From assembly GCF_900167395.1 (NCBI RefSeq), contig NZ_FUWK01000001.1:150001-182000 (forward strand): a stretch of 32,000 bases of DNA, written 5' to 3'. The translations under genes were made by a program, and so were the position numbers. This document shows, one piece after another, positions 18,912 to 27,092 of this stretch. A model generated the notes under the pieces. It was not told where the DNA came from and did no database searches. It was given only the letters and a program-made list of their open reading frames with translations. This DNA comes from Nitrosomonas europaea. GTDB taxonomy: Bacteria > Pseudomonadota > Gammaproteobacteria > Burkholderiales > Nitrosomonadaceae. How positions within the stretch are numbered: the first letter of the stretch is position 1; every line of letters begins with the position of its first letter.

Positions 18912-20557
18912 TCTCGCACGCCCAGACACTGCTCAGGGAAATTTTCGGTTACAGCGAATTTCGCGGCCAGCAGGCCGAAATCATTACTCATGTGGTGAAT
19001 GGAGATAGCTGCCTGGTACTGATGCCGACCGGCGGTGGCAAATCATTGTGCTACCAGATTCCTGCATTATTGAGAAAGGGTACGGCTATTGTCATTTCGC
19101 CACTGATTGCGCTGATGGAGAATCAGGTGGCCGTACTGTGCCGGCAGGGGGTGCGGGCAGTGTATCTCAATTCAGCGCTGACACCTGAAGCGGCGGCGGC
19201 TGTCGAACGGAGGATGCTGGCGGGAGAGTATGATCTGGTCTACGTTGCACCGGAAAGACTGTTGACCGTTCGGTTCCGTGCGCTGCTGCAGCGCATCCCC
19301 ATCGCCCTGTTTGCCATTGATGAAGCGCATTGTGTTTCTCAGTGGGGGCATGATTTCCGGCCGGAATACGGCAAATTGTCGATTCTGCCGGAGAAATTTC
19401 CGCAAATACCGCGCATTGCCCTGACCGCCAGTGCCGATGCCAGAACTCGTGCGGATATCCTGCGTTGTCTCGATTTACACCAGGCCCGCTCCTTTATCAG
19501 TAGTTTCGATCGCCCCAACCTTTGCTACCGTATTACGGCCCGATCCAATAGCCGGATACAGTTGTTGAACTTCATCCGCAGCCAACATGCTGGAGAGGCT
19601 GGTATCGTTTATTGTCAATCCCGCAGAAAAGTCGAGGAAACAGCTGCCTGGCTCAATAGCAATCACATACCGGCACTTGCCTACCATGCCGGTATGGAAA
19701 CCTCCATTCGCACCCGGCACCAGAAAAAATTTTTGCAGGGACATGGTATCGTGATGGTTGCCACTTCCGCATTCGGGCTGGGTATCGACAAATCGGACAT
19801 ACGTTTTGTCGCACATCTGGATTTACCTAAAAGTATCGAAAGCTATTATCAGGAAACCGGCCGTGCCGGGCGTGATGGTCTGCCGGCCAGTGCCTGGATG
19901 GTTTACGGGCCCGGCGACATCATCCGGCTGCGGTCCCAGACCGAATCCGGCACAGAACGGTTGCCTGCCCCGATCAGACAAGCAGCGGCCGCTCGACTGG
20001 ATGCGCTGCTGGTGCTGTGTGAAACGACGGTTTGCCGCAGAAAGCCGCTACTCGACTATTTCGGTGAACCAACCGGTAGTCTGCCGTGCGGCAATTGTGA
20101 TGCCTGCCTGGAAACGATACCCGTTCAGGATGTCACGATCGCTGCCCAGAAAGCATTGTCCTGCGTCTACCGGACGGGCCAGTGCTTTGGCATGGAATAT
20201 CTGATCGATATCCTGTCCGGAAAACGAACAGATCGTGTCAGGCAATGGGGGCACGATTGCATCAGCACTTTTGGCATCGGCCATGAATTGAGTACCGAAG
20301 GGTGGCGTATCGTTTTCAGGCATCTGCTGGCGCTGGACTATCTTGTCGCCGGTGAGGATCGTGCTGGCGGAGAACGCATCGCCCTGCAGTTGACATCGGC
20401 AGCCAGGAGCGTGTTGCGTGGAGAGACCCGTATAAAACTTCGGCTTTCACATCATCACCATTCAGCGCCATACCAGCAGATTTCCACGGGTTTATCCGTA
20501 CCATCGTCACGCTGCCAGGCTTTTAGCTGCGAACCACAAACAAAGTGTGGCGGGTAA
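18908..20557 (+). CDS. recQ: ATP-dependent DNA helicase RecQ (no recognisable HRDC domain)
   Basis: 549 aa with motif 0/I (FGYSEFRGQQAEII…MPTGGGKSLCYQIP), DEAH (FAIDEAHCVSQWGHDFRPEY), motif VI (YYQETGRAGRDG), the Zn-binding CRRKPLLDYFGE…CGNCDAC and a winged helix. The protein ends ~35 aa after LRGETRIKLR. Its ATG overlaps the hslR stop (ATGA at 18908-18911). Confidence 0.9.
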   Translation: MISHAQTLLREIFGYSEFRGQQAEIITHVVNGDSCLVLMPTGGGKSLCYQIPALLRKGTAIVISPLIALMENQVAVLCRQGVRAVYLNSALTPEAAAAVERRMLAGEYDLVYVAPERLLTVRFRALLQRIPIALFAIDEAHCVSQWGHDFRPEYGKLSILPEKFPQIPRIALTASADARTRADILRCLDLHQARSFISSFDRPNLCYRITARSNSRIQLLNFIRSQHAGEAGIVYCQSRRKVEETAAWLNSNHIPALAYHAGMETSIRTRHQKKFLQGHGIVMVATSAFGLGIDKSDIRFVAHLDLPKSIESYYQETGRAGRDGLPASAWMVYGPGDIIRLRSQTESGTERLPAPIRQAAAARLDALLVLCETTVCRRKPLLDYFGEPTGSLPCGNCDACLETIPVQDVTIAAQKALSCVYRTGQCFGMEYLIDILSGKRTDRVRQWGHDCISTFGIGHELSTEGWRIVFRHLLALDYLVAGEDRAGGERIALQLTSAARSVLRGETRIKLRLSHHHHSAPYQQISTGLSVPSSRCQAFSCEPQTKCGG

Positions 20558-20870
20558 CGATTCAGTGTCCTTTGTTATATCTGACTGATTTGTTCCACGA
20601 GTTATGCAGCAAGTTGAAAGAAATTTTACGGATATTGCCAGGGTGTTGCAATAACGCAACATAATTTGGCTGTAAGAGCGTAAAAAGCTTGTTTAATGTT
20701 GCACAACAGATTCTGCTTGGGCACAATCCATTCAACCCTTCTGACCGAAAGGCAGGAAGCACGCAACACTTTCAGTCAGGTTGGAACAGAAGTAGTGAAA
20801 AATGTGGGAAGCACGGTATTACGATCTATCTTTATTGACCCAGGTTGTTTTTCTTTAAGGAGAGTTTCAA

Positions 20871-22085
20871 ATGAATAAAAGACTGATGGCACTGGCAGTG
20901 GCCGGCGCATTGGCAGCTCCGCTGGCAGCTTCAGCGGAAGGTACGCATGTCACCATTTTCGGTCGCTTGCAGGCTGAATACGCAACTGTCGATATGGACG
21001 GGTTCAATGCACAAACCGCTGTAGCGGATGATGCACTGCAATCCCGCTGGGGTCTGCAGATTGCTGAAGATCTGGGTGCAGGATTACGTGCCATTGGCCG
21101 TATCGAGTACTCACTCAACCCAGGCGGTGGTGAGGATAAACACCTTGCCCGTGAACAATGGGTTGGTCTGGGTGGCGATCAATGGGGTGAACTGAAATTT
21201 GGTCGCGTTCAATCTGTACTCAAAGATTTTGCCGGCGGTCATACTATTGATCCATTTGCCTACACCAGTTTGCACGCAAATGGTAGTGGCGGCTTGATGG
21301 CCTCATCCGATAATGGTTATGGTTCAGGTGATCACGGTTTCGTCAACAGTGCGGTGCGTTTTGATTCACCGGTAGTGGAAGGTTTCTCGGTTGCCGGTTT
21401 GCTGATGCCGGGAGATGCGGATAAAAATGATCCAACACGCGATCCATCGTATGCTGGTGGTGAGAATGGTGAATGGGATTTCCAGGTTGCTGCCAAGTAC
21501 AGCGGACAGTTTGATGCGGTTGGCGTAGATGTGTTTGGTGCTTACTCCAGAGATAACGTCAGTAAACTGCAAAAATCGCTGGGCGCATCCAAGGATGAGC
21601 AAATCTGGCGTGGTGGTGCGATTTTCAGTGTAGGAGATTTTCGTCTGCGTGGCCAGTATGAGCGTGTGTACGATGCCAATCCATTTGGTGGCGCGGCAAG
21701 TTGTACCCATGCATCTGCTTTCGGGGATTATAACCCGCTCAGTCCTACTCAAAGTGCTGATGGTGGCCGTGGCCAGTGTAACTCCGCTATGAATCCGAAC
21801 GGTAATGGTAGTCTGTGGATAGCGGGTGCTGACTACACCATTGGCAATACCACGCTGATTGCCCAAGGTGGTATGGCGGTAGCGAAAAAGACGGGTGATA
21901 TTTTGACATTGGATCCATACTATGCAAAACGTAATGTCGAGAACATCACTGTCGGTGTGATTCATAATCTGAGCCGTCGTTCCAGCCTGTTTGGTGGTTA
22001 CCAGCGTGTTTGGGTGAAAGACAGAAATATCGCAACAGATACTGATCGCAACGTCTATTCGGTAGGTGTACGTCACGATTTCTAA
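20871..22085 (+). CDS. Gram-negative general porin (trimeric OmpC/porin_4-like beta-barrel)
   Basis: 404 aa. The signal peptide is MNKRLMALAVAGALAAPLAASA. The product has alternating beta-strand character throughout and the C-terminal signature YSVGVRHDF. AAGGAGA RBS is present. Confidence 0.85.
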   Translation: MNKRLMALAVAGALAAPLAASAEGTHVTIFGRLQAEYATVDMDGFNAQTAVADDALQSRWGLQIAEDLGAGLRAIGRIEYSLNPGGGEDKHLAREQWVGLGGDQWGELKFGRVQSVLKDFAGGHTIDPFAYTSLHANGSGGLMASSDNGYGSGDHGFVNSAVRFDSPVVEGFSVAGLLMPGDADKNDPTRDPSYAGGENGEWDFQVAAKYSGQFDAVGVDVFGAYSRDNVSKLQKSLGASKDEQIWRGGAIFSVGDFRLRGQYERVYDANPFGGAASCTHASAFGDYNPLSPTQSADGGRGQCNSAMNPNGNGSLWIAGADYTIGNTTLIAQGGMAVAKKTGDILTLDPYYAKRNVENITVGVIHNLSRRSSLFGGYQRVWVKDRNIATDTDRNVYSVGVRHDF

Positions 22086-22115
22086 TCGGTAACGATCAGA
22101 TAATCGAACGGTTGT

Positions 22116-22146
22116 AAAAAGGGGCAGAGTAATCTGCCCCTTTTTT
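22116..22146. terminator. Bidirectional rho-independent terminator shared by the porin gene (+) and rnpB (-)
   Basis: The sequence is AAAAA-GGGGCAG-agtaat-CTGCCCC-TTTTTT. The stem arms are 22121-22127 and 22134-22140. An A-run lies upstream and a T-run downstream, so it reads as hairpin plus U-tract on both strands. Confidence 0.75.
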
Positions 22147-22179
22147 GTATCTGCTTGAACCTGTTGTTGAGATTGTTCA

Positions 22180-22468
22180 TGGGGAAGCCGGCCGATAAGC
22201 CGGGTTCTGTCGTGGACAGTCATTCCTCTAGGCATACAGTTACCCGTGTGCTCGAGCGATCTACCCGCAGACTCAGCGAGCAGCGTCATCATCTGCCTAT
22301 TTGATCTTGCTCCGGATGGAGGTTACCGCGTTTCACCGTAACTTAATACGCTCGTCTCTGTGGCCCTGTTCCTCACCTCACGGCGGCCGGCCGTTAACCG
22401 GCATCCTGCTCTGTGGAGCCCGGACTTTCCTCTCCCTGTCACCAGGCAGCGACTGTCTGACCGGCTTC
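22180..22468 (-). ncRNA. rnpB: RNase P RNA, bacterial type A (compact, ~290 nt)
   Basis: The minus strand reads GAAGCCGGTCAGACAGTCGC…GAGGAAAGTCCGGGCTCC (complement of 22415-22432)…GGTGAAA…CCGGAGCAAG…AATGACTGTCCACGACAGAACCCGGCTTATCGG (complement of 22192-22210 and flanks)…CCGGCTTC.
- This matches the universally conserved P4/P2/P1 segments of E. coli M1 RNA.
- The P1 strands GAAGCCGG/CCGGCTTC pair.
- A TAGAAT -10 (complement of 22476-22481) lies 7 nt upstream of the inferred 5' end.
- The ends are approximate (+/- 5 nt). Confidence 0.85.
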
Positions 22469-22631
22469 GCTGGTGATTCTAACAGAGTTTGCAGACAGAC
22501 TGCAGCATCGAGCTCATCGTGAAGGAGCCAATCATTCACTGTCTCACTCGCCTTGCATTCCGTTTGCAAAACACAATGTGCGACTATGTGGTATTTGATC
22601 AGAAGTTCTCTAAATTTCCAGCAGAAAAACC

Positions 22632-22660
22632 TTGACCCGTTTTTTTAAATCAGTTATAAA
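22632..22660 (+). promoter_or_regulatory. Near-consensus sigma70 promoter upstream of the orphan outer-membrane protein gene
   Basis: TTGACC (22632-22637), a 17-nt spacer, then TATAAA (22655-22660). The predicted start near 22667 leaves a ~200-nt leader before the ATG at 22867. Confidence 0.5.
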
Positions 22661-22866
22661 AAATTTCACTTCATAACGTGGAGTGAAAAGAAAAAATTTA
22701 GTCAACTACCGGTCTGACTACTCAGACAGTTCATTAGTTTATTAGTTCACGGGTAGCCATTTTACGGTCAGTTATATTGTTAATCGTTTTTCTGGTCAGG
22801 GGGAGTGACGTTGTCTGACCTGGAAAAACAATAATTTCAATTTTATATTGAGAAAGGTACTCATCG

Positions 22867-23739
22867 ATGAAAAAGCAGATAGCGGGTCTGGTGCTTCTGG
22901 GTCTAGCATGTACTGCAACAAGTGTGTCTGCCGAGGAAGACAGGGAGCTCAGGCAGAAAGTGGAGGCCTTGGAGGCAAAGATTGCTAATCTTGAGGGACG
23001 TTCAGAAAACGAAGAGCATGGCGATAGCCACGGATTTGATAAACATAAGTTTCATGGAGGGGTAGTTCTGAAGCAGGATGCTTTTTTTGGCTTCCAGACT
23101 ATCTTAGATGCGGGTTATGAAGTTGCTGATAATATCGATTTCACGTTCTACTCGTGGTTATGGACCAATCCTAATTTCGGGAAAAGCAGCGTGGTATCAG
23201 GTGGTAACAATGTGGGCGGACAGGGGCTCTGGACAGAGTTTGGTATTGGTCTGAATTTCAGATTTCTTGACAATACGTTGAGCATCAATCCCAATATCGG
23301 GATGCTGAACGGCTCGCTGTTATCTTCTGAGGTTGTCGGTGAAGATATTCGTGCTGGGGAAGGGGTTGTACCTAATCTGGTCGTTAATTATGATAACGAT
23401 TATTTTGCAGCGAATCTCTACGTTGCTTACTACATGGCAACACGCGGTCCGCGTGCCAGGGATTTTTTGCATAACTGGATCAATGTCGGGGTAAAACCCG
23501 CCTTGTTTGGTCTTGGCAAGACATTACCGATCAATTCTGTCGGAATTCACTGGGAACACCTTTGGGCGGCTAAAAACCGTATAGACAGCAGCCTGGAAGG
23601 CGTTGTGTATAACTGGGTAGGTCCTTACATCGAATTTGGTCTGCCGAAAAATCTCGCTTTACGTTTTGCAGGTGGATTCGACGTGAAGAGTGATGTATCC
23701 AATAATTTTTATCAGGCCAGTATCAAGCTTAATTTCTGA
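22867..23739 (+). CDS. Hypothetical outer-membrane beta-barrel protein with N-terminal coiled coil and His-rich segment
   Basis: 290 aa.
- Sec signal MKKQIAGLVLLGLACTATSVSA.
- Heptad-like EEDRELRQKVEALEAKIANLEGR.
- His-rich EHGDSHGFDKHKFH.
- Then alternating aromatic/hydrophobic strands ending in IKLNF (C-terminal Phe, an OMP sorting signal).
- I do not recognise the family. Confidence 0.6.
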   Translation: MKKQIAGLVLLGLACTATSVSAEEDRELRQKVEALEAKIANLEGRSENEEHGDSHGFDKHKFHGGVVLKQDAFFGFQTILDAGYEVADNIDFTFYSWLWTNPNFGKSSVVSGGNNVGGQGLWTEFGIGLNFRFLDNTLSINPNIGMLNGSLLSSEVVGEDIRAGEGVVPNLVVNYDNDYFAANLYVAYYMATRGPRARDFLHNWINVGVKPALFGLGKTLPINSVGIHWEHLWAAKNRIDSSLEGVVYNWVGPYIEFGLPKNLALRFAGGFDVKSDVSNNFYQASIKLNF

Positions 23740-23759
23740 TAAAAACAATCCGCTGCTCC

Positions 23760-23787
23760 GTAACCCCATTTTCTGAAATGGGGTTAC
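23760..23787. terminator. Perfect 12-bp stem / 4-nt loop hairpin between convergent genes (possible terminator, no U-tract)
   Basis: GTAACCCCATTT-tctg-AAATGGGGTTAC. It lies 21 nt after the stop of the OMP gene and is followed by ATAAATAATC rather than a clean T-run. Confidence 0.4.
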
Positions 23788-23917
23788 ATAAATAATCTCC
23801 AGTTTCTACCTTCCTGTCACTGTACTAAATCGACTCGTCGATAATTACTGATTAATCCGTAACACGAACAATTACCTGTCCAACTATGGCCGCAGGCAAT
23901 ATTTTATCCGGCTTTTG

Positions 23918-24460
23918 TCAGGCAAGATTCAGCGGTGTAGTATTTTCCAGCAATTCGAGCATGCCTTGCAGTGCTATGGCGACGGATTGTCGCCGAATAG
24001 CTTCGCGATTGCCGCTGAACCGGCAGATTTTACTGTTTGCCGATGTCGCAGAGGCACTTTCAAGCATCCAGGCGAAACATACAGTGCCGACCGGCTTTTC
24101 TGCAGAACCGCCGGCAGGGCCAGCGATGCCGGTCACGGATACGGCTACCTGTGCCTGGCTCAGAGTAAGTGCGCCCAGCGCCATTTCCCGGGCTGTCTGT
24201 TCGGAGACGGCACCAGATTGTGTGAGAGTGGATGGTTGTACATGCAGCATTTGTTGTTTGGATGAGTTGCTGTAGGTAATGAAGCCACGGTCATACCAGG
24301 CGGAGCTGCCAGGAATGGCGGTGATGATCTGCCCGATCCAGCCACCGGTGCAGGACTCTGCTGAAACCAGCTTCAATCCGTTTTGTTCGAGTAACTTTCC
24401 GGCTCGCCGAGCAAGTTCCAGTAGAGTTTCGTCATCCGGAACGGTTGGGTAAGTACTCAA
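23918..24460 (-). CDS. pncC: CinA C-terminal-domain protein / nicotinamide-nucleotide amidohydrolase PncC
   Basis: The segment LVSAESCTGGWIGQIITAIPGSSAWYDRGFITYSN…VSVTGIAGPAGGSAEKPVGTVCFAW tracks E. coli PncC (YgaD) as I remember it. The start is an inferred TTG at 24458-24460 overlapping the pgpA stop; there is no in-frame ATG nearby. Confidence 0.8.
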   Translation of the reverse strand: MSTYPTVPDDETLLELARRAGKLLEQNGLKLVSAESCTGGWIGQIITAIPGSSAWYDRGFITYSNSSKQQMLHVQPSTLTQSGAVSEQTAREMALGALTLSQAQVAVSVTGIAGPAGGSAEKPVGTVCFAWMLESASATSANSKICRFSGNREAIRRQSVAIALQGMLELLENTTPLNLA

Positions 24461-24999
24461 AAGTAGCTTTCAAACAGAACCATCGATTTCCAGCCAGCGA
24501 GGCAAAGCAGCGTGTAGAACGCAGCCAGCAAATCATCCAGCATGACACCCAGCCCACCTTTGAGTCTGGCATCCAGATAACCGATGGGTGCGGGTTTGAC
24601 GATATCAAAAAACCGGAACAGGAAAAAAGCAGCGAGCTGCCAGGTCCAGTGATCCGGTGTGAAAAACAGTACCAGCATGAAAGCGACGATTTCATCCCAT
24701 ACCATGCCGGAATGATCAGGTGAATTGAGGGCTCGACCGGTGACTGCGCATGCCCAGATGCCCATGATGAAAAAAACATCGATGATCAGCAGCAGCGATA
24801 CCGGCTCGATGATTGAATCGAGAAAACGGTAAAACGGAAAGGCGGCAATAGTGCCAGCGGTACCCGGCATGTAGCGGATCAGGCCGATACCGGCGCCCAT
24901 GGCAATGAAATGTGCGAGCCGGACATGTACGAAAGTGATATCCGGTTTGATCGGAATTTGACGTTGTGGCGAATAATTATCGGGCAGAGAAGTGATCAT
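24457..24999 (-). CDS. pgpA: Phosphatidylglycerophosphatase A
   Basis: 180 aa membrane protein with GAGIGLIRYMPGTAGT and MVWDEIVAF…FRFFDIVKPAPI motifs. It sits in the conserved thiL-pgpA position. Confidence 0.85.
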   Translation of the reverse strand: MITSLPDNYSPQRQIPIKPDITFVHVRLAHFIAMGAGIGLIRYMPGTAGTIAAFPFYRFLDSIIEPVSLLLIIDVFFIMGIWACAVTGRALNSPDHSGMVWDEIVAFMLVLFFTPDHWTWQLAAFFLFRFFDIVKPAPIGYLDARLKGGLGVMLDDLLAAFYTLLCLAGWKSMVLFESYF

Positions 25000-25975
25000 A
25001 GCCTTTATTCTTAAAGATTAGCGGGTTACTGTCAGTACCGAGAACAGTCAATCCTTTTCCCGGTATGATTTTTCCAATGCGGGAAAGCAGGATACCGGAT
25101 TCCTGTGCCAGTTGTATGACAGCATCGCGCTTGCTTTCCGGTACGGTGAAACACAGCTCATAATCATCACCGCCTGCCAGTAAACAGTCAATGGCTAATT
25201 GACAGATGGTATTTGTGACGGTGTTTTCCGGCTGTAGTTTATTTTTCAATGCCGGGGAGCGAGGGATGTGGTCAAAATCAATCGTGGCTGCAACACCGGA
25301 GCGATCCAGAATATGGCCCAGATCAGCCAGCAGACCATCCGAAATATCAATGGCACTATGCGCTACATTTACCAGTGCTTTTCCAAGGGCGACGCGAGGC
25401 ATGGGGGTATGTAATGCAGCCAGACAAGGTGCGGCTTCCTGCGCTGTCAGTGTCACGTGCTGTTGCAGGGATTGCAGCGCCAGAGCGGCGTCACCCAGAT
25501 GACCGGATACCCAGATATCATCTCCCGGTTGGGCACCACTGCGCCGGAGGGCTTTTCCCCGTTCGACTTCACCGATGATCTGTACGCTGATATTGAGCGG
25601 ACCACCTGTCGTATCTCCCCCGATCAGTTCGACCTGGTACTGGTCGGCCAGTGCAAAAAATCCGCTGGAAAAAGCCTTTAGCCAGATATCATCCTGCGCG
25701 AGTGTTTCGGTCAAAGTCAGGGAGAGGGTTGCCCAGCATGGTGTGGCACCCATGGCGGCCATATCGGAAAGATTGACAGCCAGCACTTTATGCCCCAGCG
25801 TGGCAGGATCGACATCGGGAAAAAAATGTCGCCCTGCAACCAGAGTATCGACCGATATCGCCCAATCCATTCCCGGTTTGCAGGCAATCAGCGCGGCATC
25901 ATCACCCGGCCCAAGCAAGGCATTACGCCTGGGACGGGTAAAGTAGCGATCGATTACATCAAACTCTGAGTTCAT
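24977..25975 (-). CDS. thiL: Thiamine-monophosphate kinase
   Basis: 332 aa with AIR-synthase-like fold motifs (EFDVIDRYF…GPGDDAALI…VDTLVAGRHF…ATPCWATLSLTL…GGDTTGGPL). It overlaps the pgpA start by 23 nt. Confidence 0.9.
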   Translation of the reverse strand: MNSEFDVIDRYFTRPRRNALLGPGDDAALIACKPGMDWAISVDTLVAGRHFFPDVDPATLGHKVLAVNLSDMAAMGATPCWATLSLTLTETLAQDDIWLKAFSSGFFALADQYQVELIGGDTTGGPLNISVQIIGEVERGKALRRSGAQPGDDIWVSGHLGDAALALQSLQQHVTLTAQEAAPCLAALHTPMPRVALGKALVNVAHSAIDISDGLLADLGHILDRSGVAATIDFDHIPRSPALKNKLQPENTVTNTICQLAIDCLLAGGDDYELCFTVPESKRDAVIQLAQESGILLSRIGKIIPGKGLTVLGTDSNPLIFKNKGYDHFSAR

Positions 25976-26042
25976 GGCCGCTTATCGTAAGTACGGCAGG
26001 AAGACTGTCGACGGGTTCGGCGCCGGTGGACTGCCTGATGAT

Positions 26043-26546
26043 TTAACCGGAATCTTTATTTCGCGCAGGCGGGTGCTGGAGTTCGACGGCACGTAACCGG
26101 GTGGCCAGTTTATCCAGCACGCCATTGACGTATTTGTGTCCATCCGTTCCGCCATAGCTTTTGGCCAGTTCGATGGCTTCGTTGATGATGGCACGACAGG
26201 GAATTTCAGGGCGGTAAACCATTTCATAGGTACCAATCAGGAGAATCGAACATTCCACCGGACTGAGCTCAGCTATTTGCCGATCGAGATGCGGCTGGAT
26301 CTGCGTTTGCAGGTCGGCAGCGTGTTCCAGGACACCCTGCAGCAAATCGGAGAAATAGGGGCCATCTGCCTTGCTGAAAAAGCTGACTTGCTGCAGTTGC
26401 ATACCAATGTCCCGAGCGTTACCTCCGGTGACTTGCCATTGGTAGATCCCCTGCAAGGCAAGTTCACGTGACAGACGACGACGGTTTTTGTAGCCTTTGT
26501 GGCCTTGTACCCGTTTTACGGGGGGAACGGTTTCGGTTGACATCAT
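26043..26546 (-). CDS. nusB: Transcription antitermination factor NusB
   Basis: 167 aa containing [18 protein letters not shown]…, [26 protein letters not shown]. The ATG overlaps the ribH stop (ATGA). Confidence 0.9.
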   Translation of the reverse strand: MMSTETVPPVKRVQGHKGYKNRRRLSRELALQGIYQWQVTGGNARDIGMQLQQVSFFSKADGPYFSDLLQGVLEHAADLQTQIQPHLDRQIAELSPVECSILLIGTYEMVYRPEIPCRAIINEAIELAKSYGGTDGHKYVNGVLDKLATRLRAVELQHPPARNKDSG

Positions 26547-27037
26547 GTGGGAGCAGATTGATCCATTTCATCAAGGGTCAGCACCAGGTTGGCCATTTCT
26601 ATCGCGACACGTGCTGTCTCCCCCCCCTTTTCAGCCATGCGGGCAGTCGCCTGATCTTCATCATCGGTCGTGAGAATACCGTTTGCGATTGGAATGTTGT
26701 ATTCCCGTCCGACGGCCGCCAGTCCCCGTGCCGATTCATTGGCTACCACTTCGAAATGATAGGTTTCGCCACGGATTACCGCACCCAGGGCGATCAGGGC
26801 ATCAAACCGATCCGATTCAGCCAGCTTCTGCAAGGCAACCGGAATTTCCAGTGCGCCGGGTACGGTTGTCAGAACGATGTCCGCTTCCTGTACACCCAGT
26901 CTGGTGAGCTCTGCCGTGCAGGCTCCGAGCAATCCTTCGCTCACGTCGATATTGAAACGGCTCATGACAATACCAATGCACAACCCGTTTCCGTCGAGGT
27001 TTGAATCTATTTCCAGGATATTGTCATAATAGGACAT
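26543..27037 (-). CDS. ribH: 6,7-dimethyl-8-ribityllumazine synthase
   Basis: 164 aa containing [17 protein letters not shown]…[10 protein letters not shown]…[32 protein letters not shown] is present. Confidence 0.92.
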   Translation of the reverse strand: MSYYDNILEIDSNLDGNGLCIGIVMSRFNIDVSEGLLGACTAELTRLGVQEADIVLTTVPGALEIPVALQKLAESDRFDALIALGAVIRGETYHFEVVANESARGLAAVGREYNIPIANGILTTDDEDQATARMAEKGGETARVAIEMANLVLTLDEMDQSAPT

Positions 27038-27092
27038 AACGTGTACCTCCTTGTTGGGATCGGCTTATCGACTACTGATAGAAAAAACGGTT

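Noticed and set aside
20718-20734. Sigma54-like element TGGGCAC-N5-ATTCA upstream of the porin gene
   Set aside because: The -24 GG is acceptable, but the critical -12 GC is TC (TTCA instead of TTGC). No enhancer-binding protein gene is nearby and the distance to the ATG is long.
21366-22292. 308-aa minus-strand ORF spanning the porin gene 3' half and rnpB, plus ORFs 22301..22522 (+) and 22378..22569 (-)
   Set aside because: The region is fully explained by the porin CDS, a bidirectional terminator and the RNase P RNA. The ORFs cross the terminator or the ncRNA, and their translations are not protein-like.
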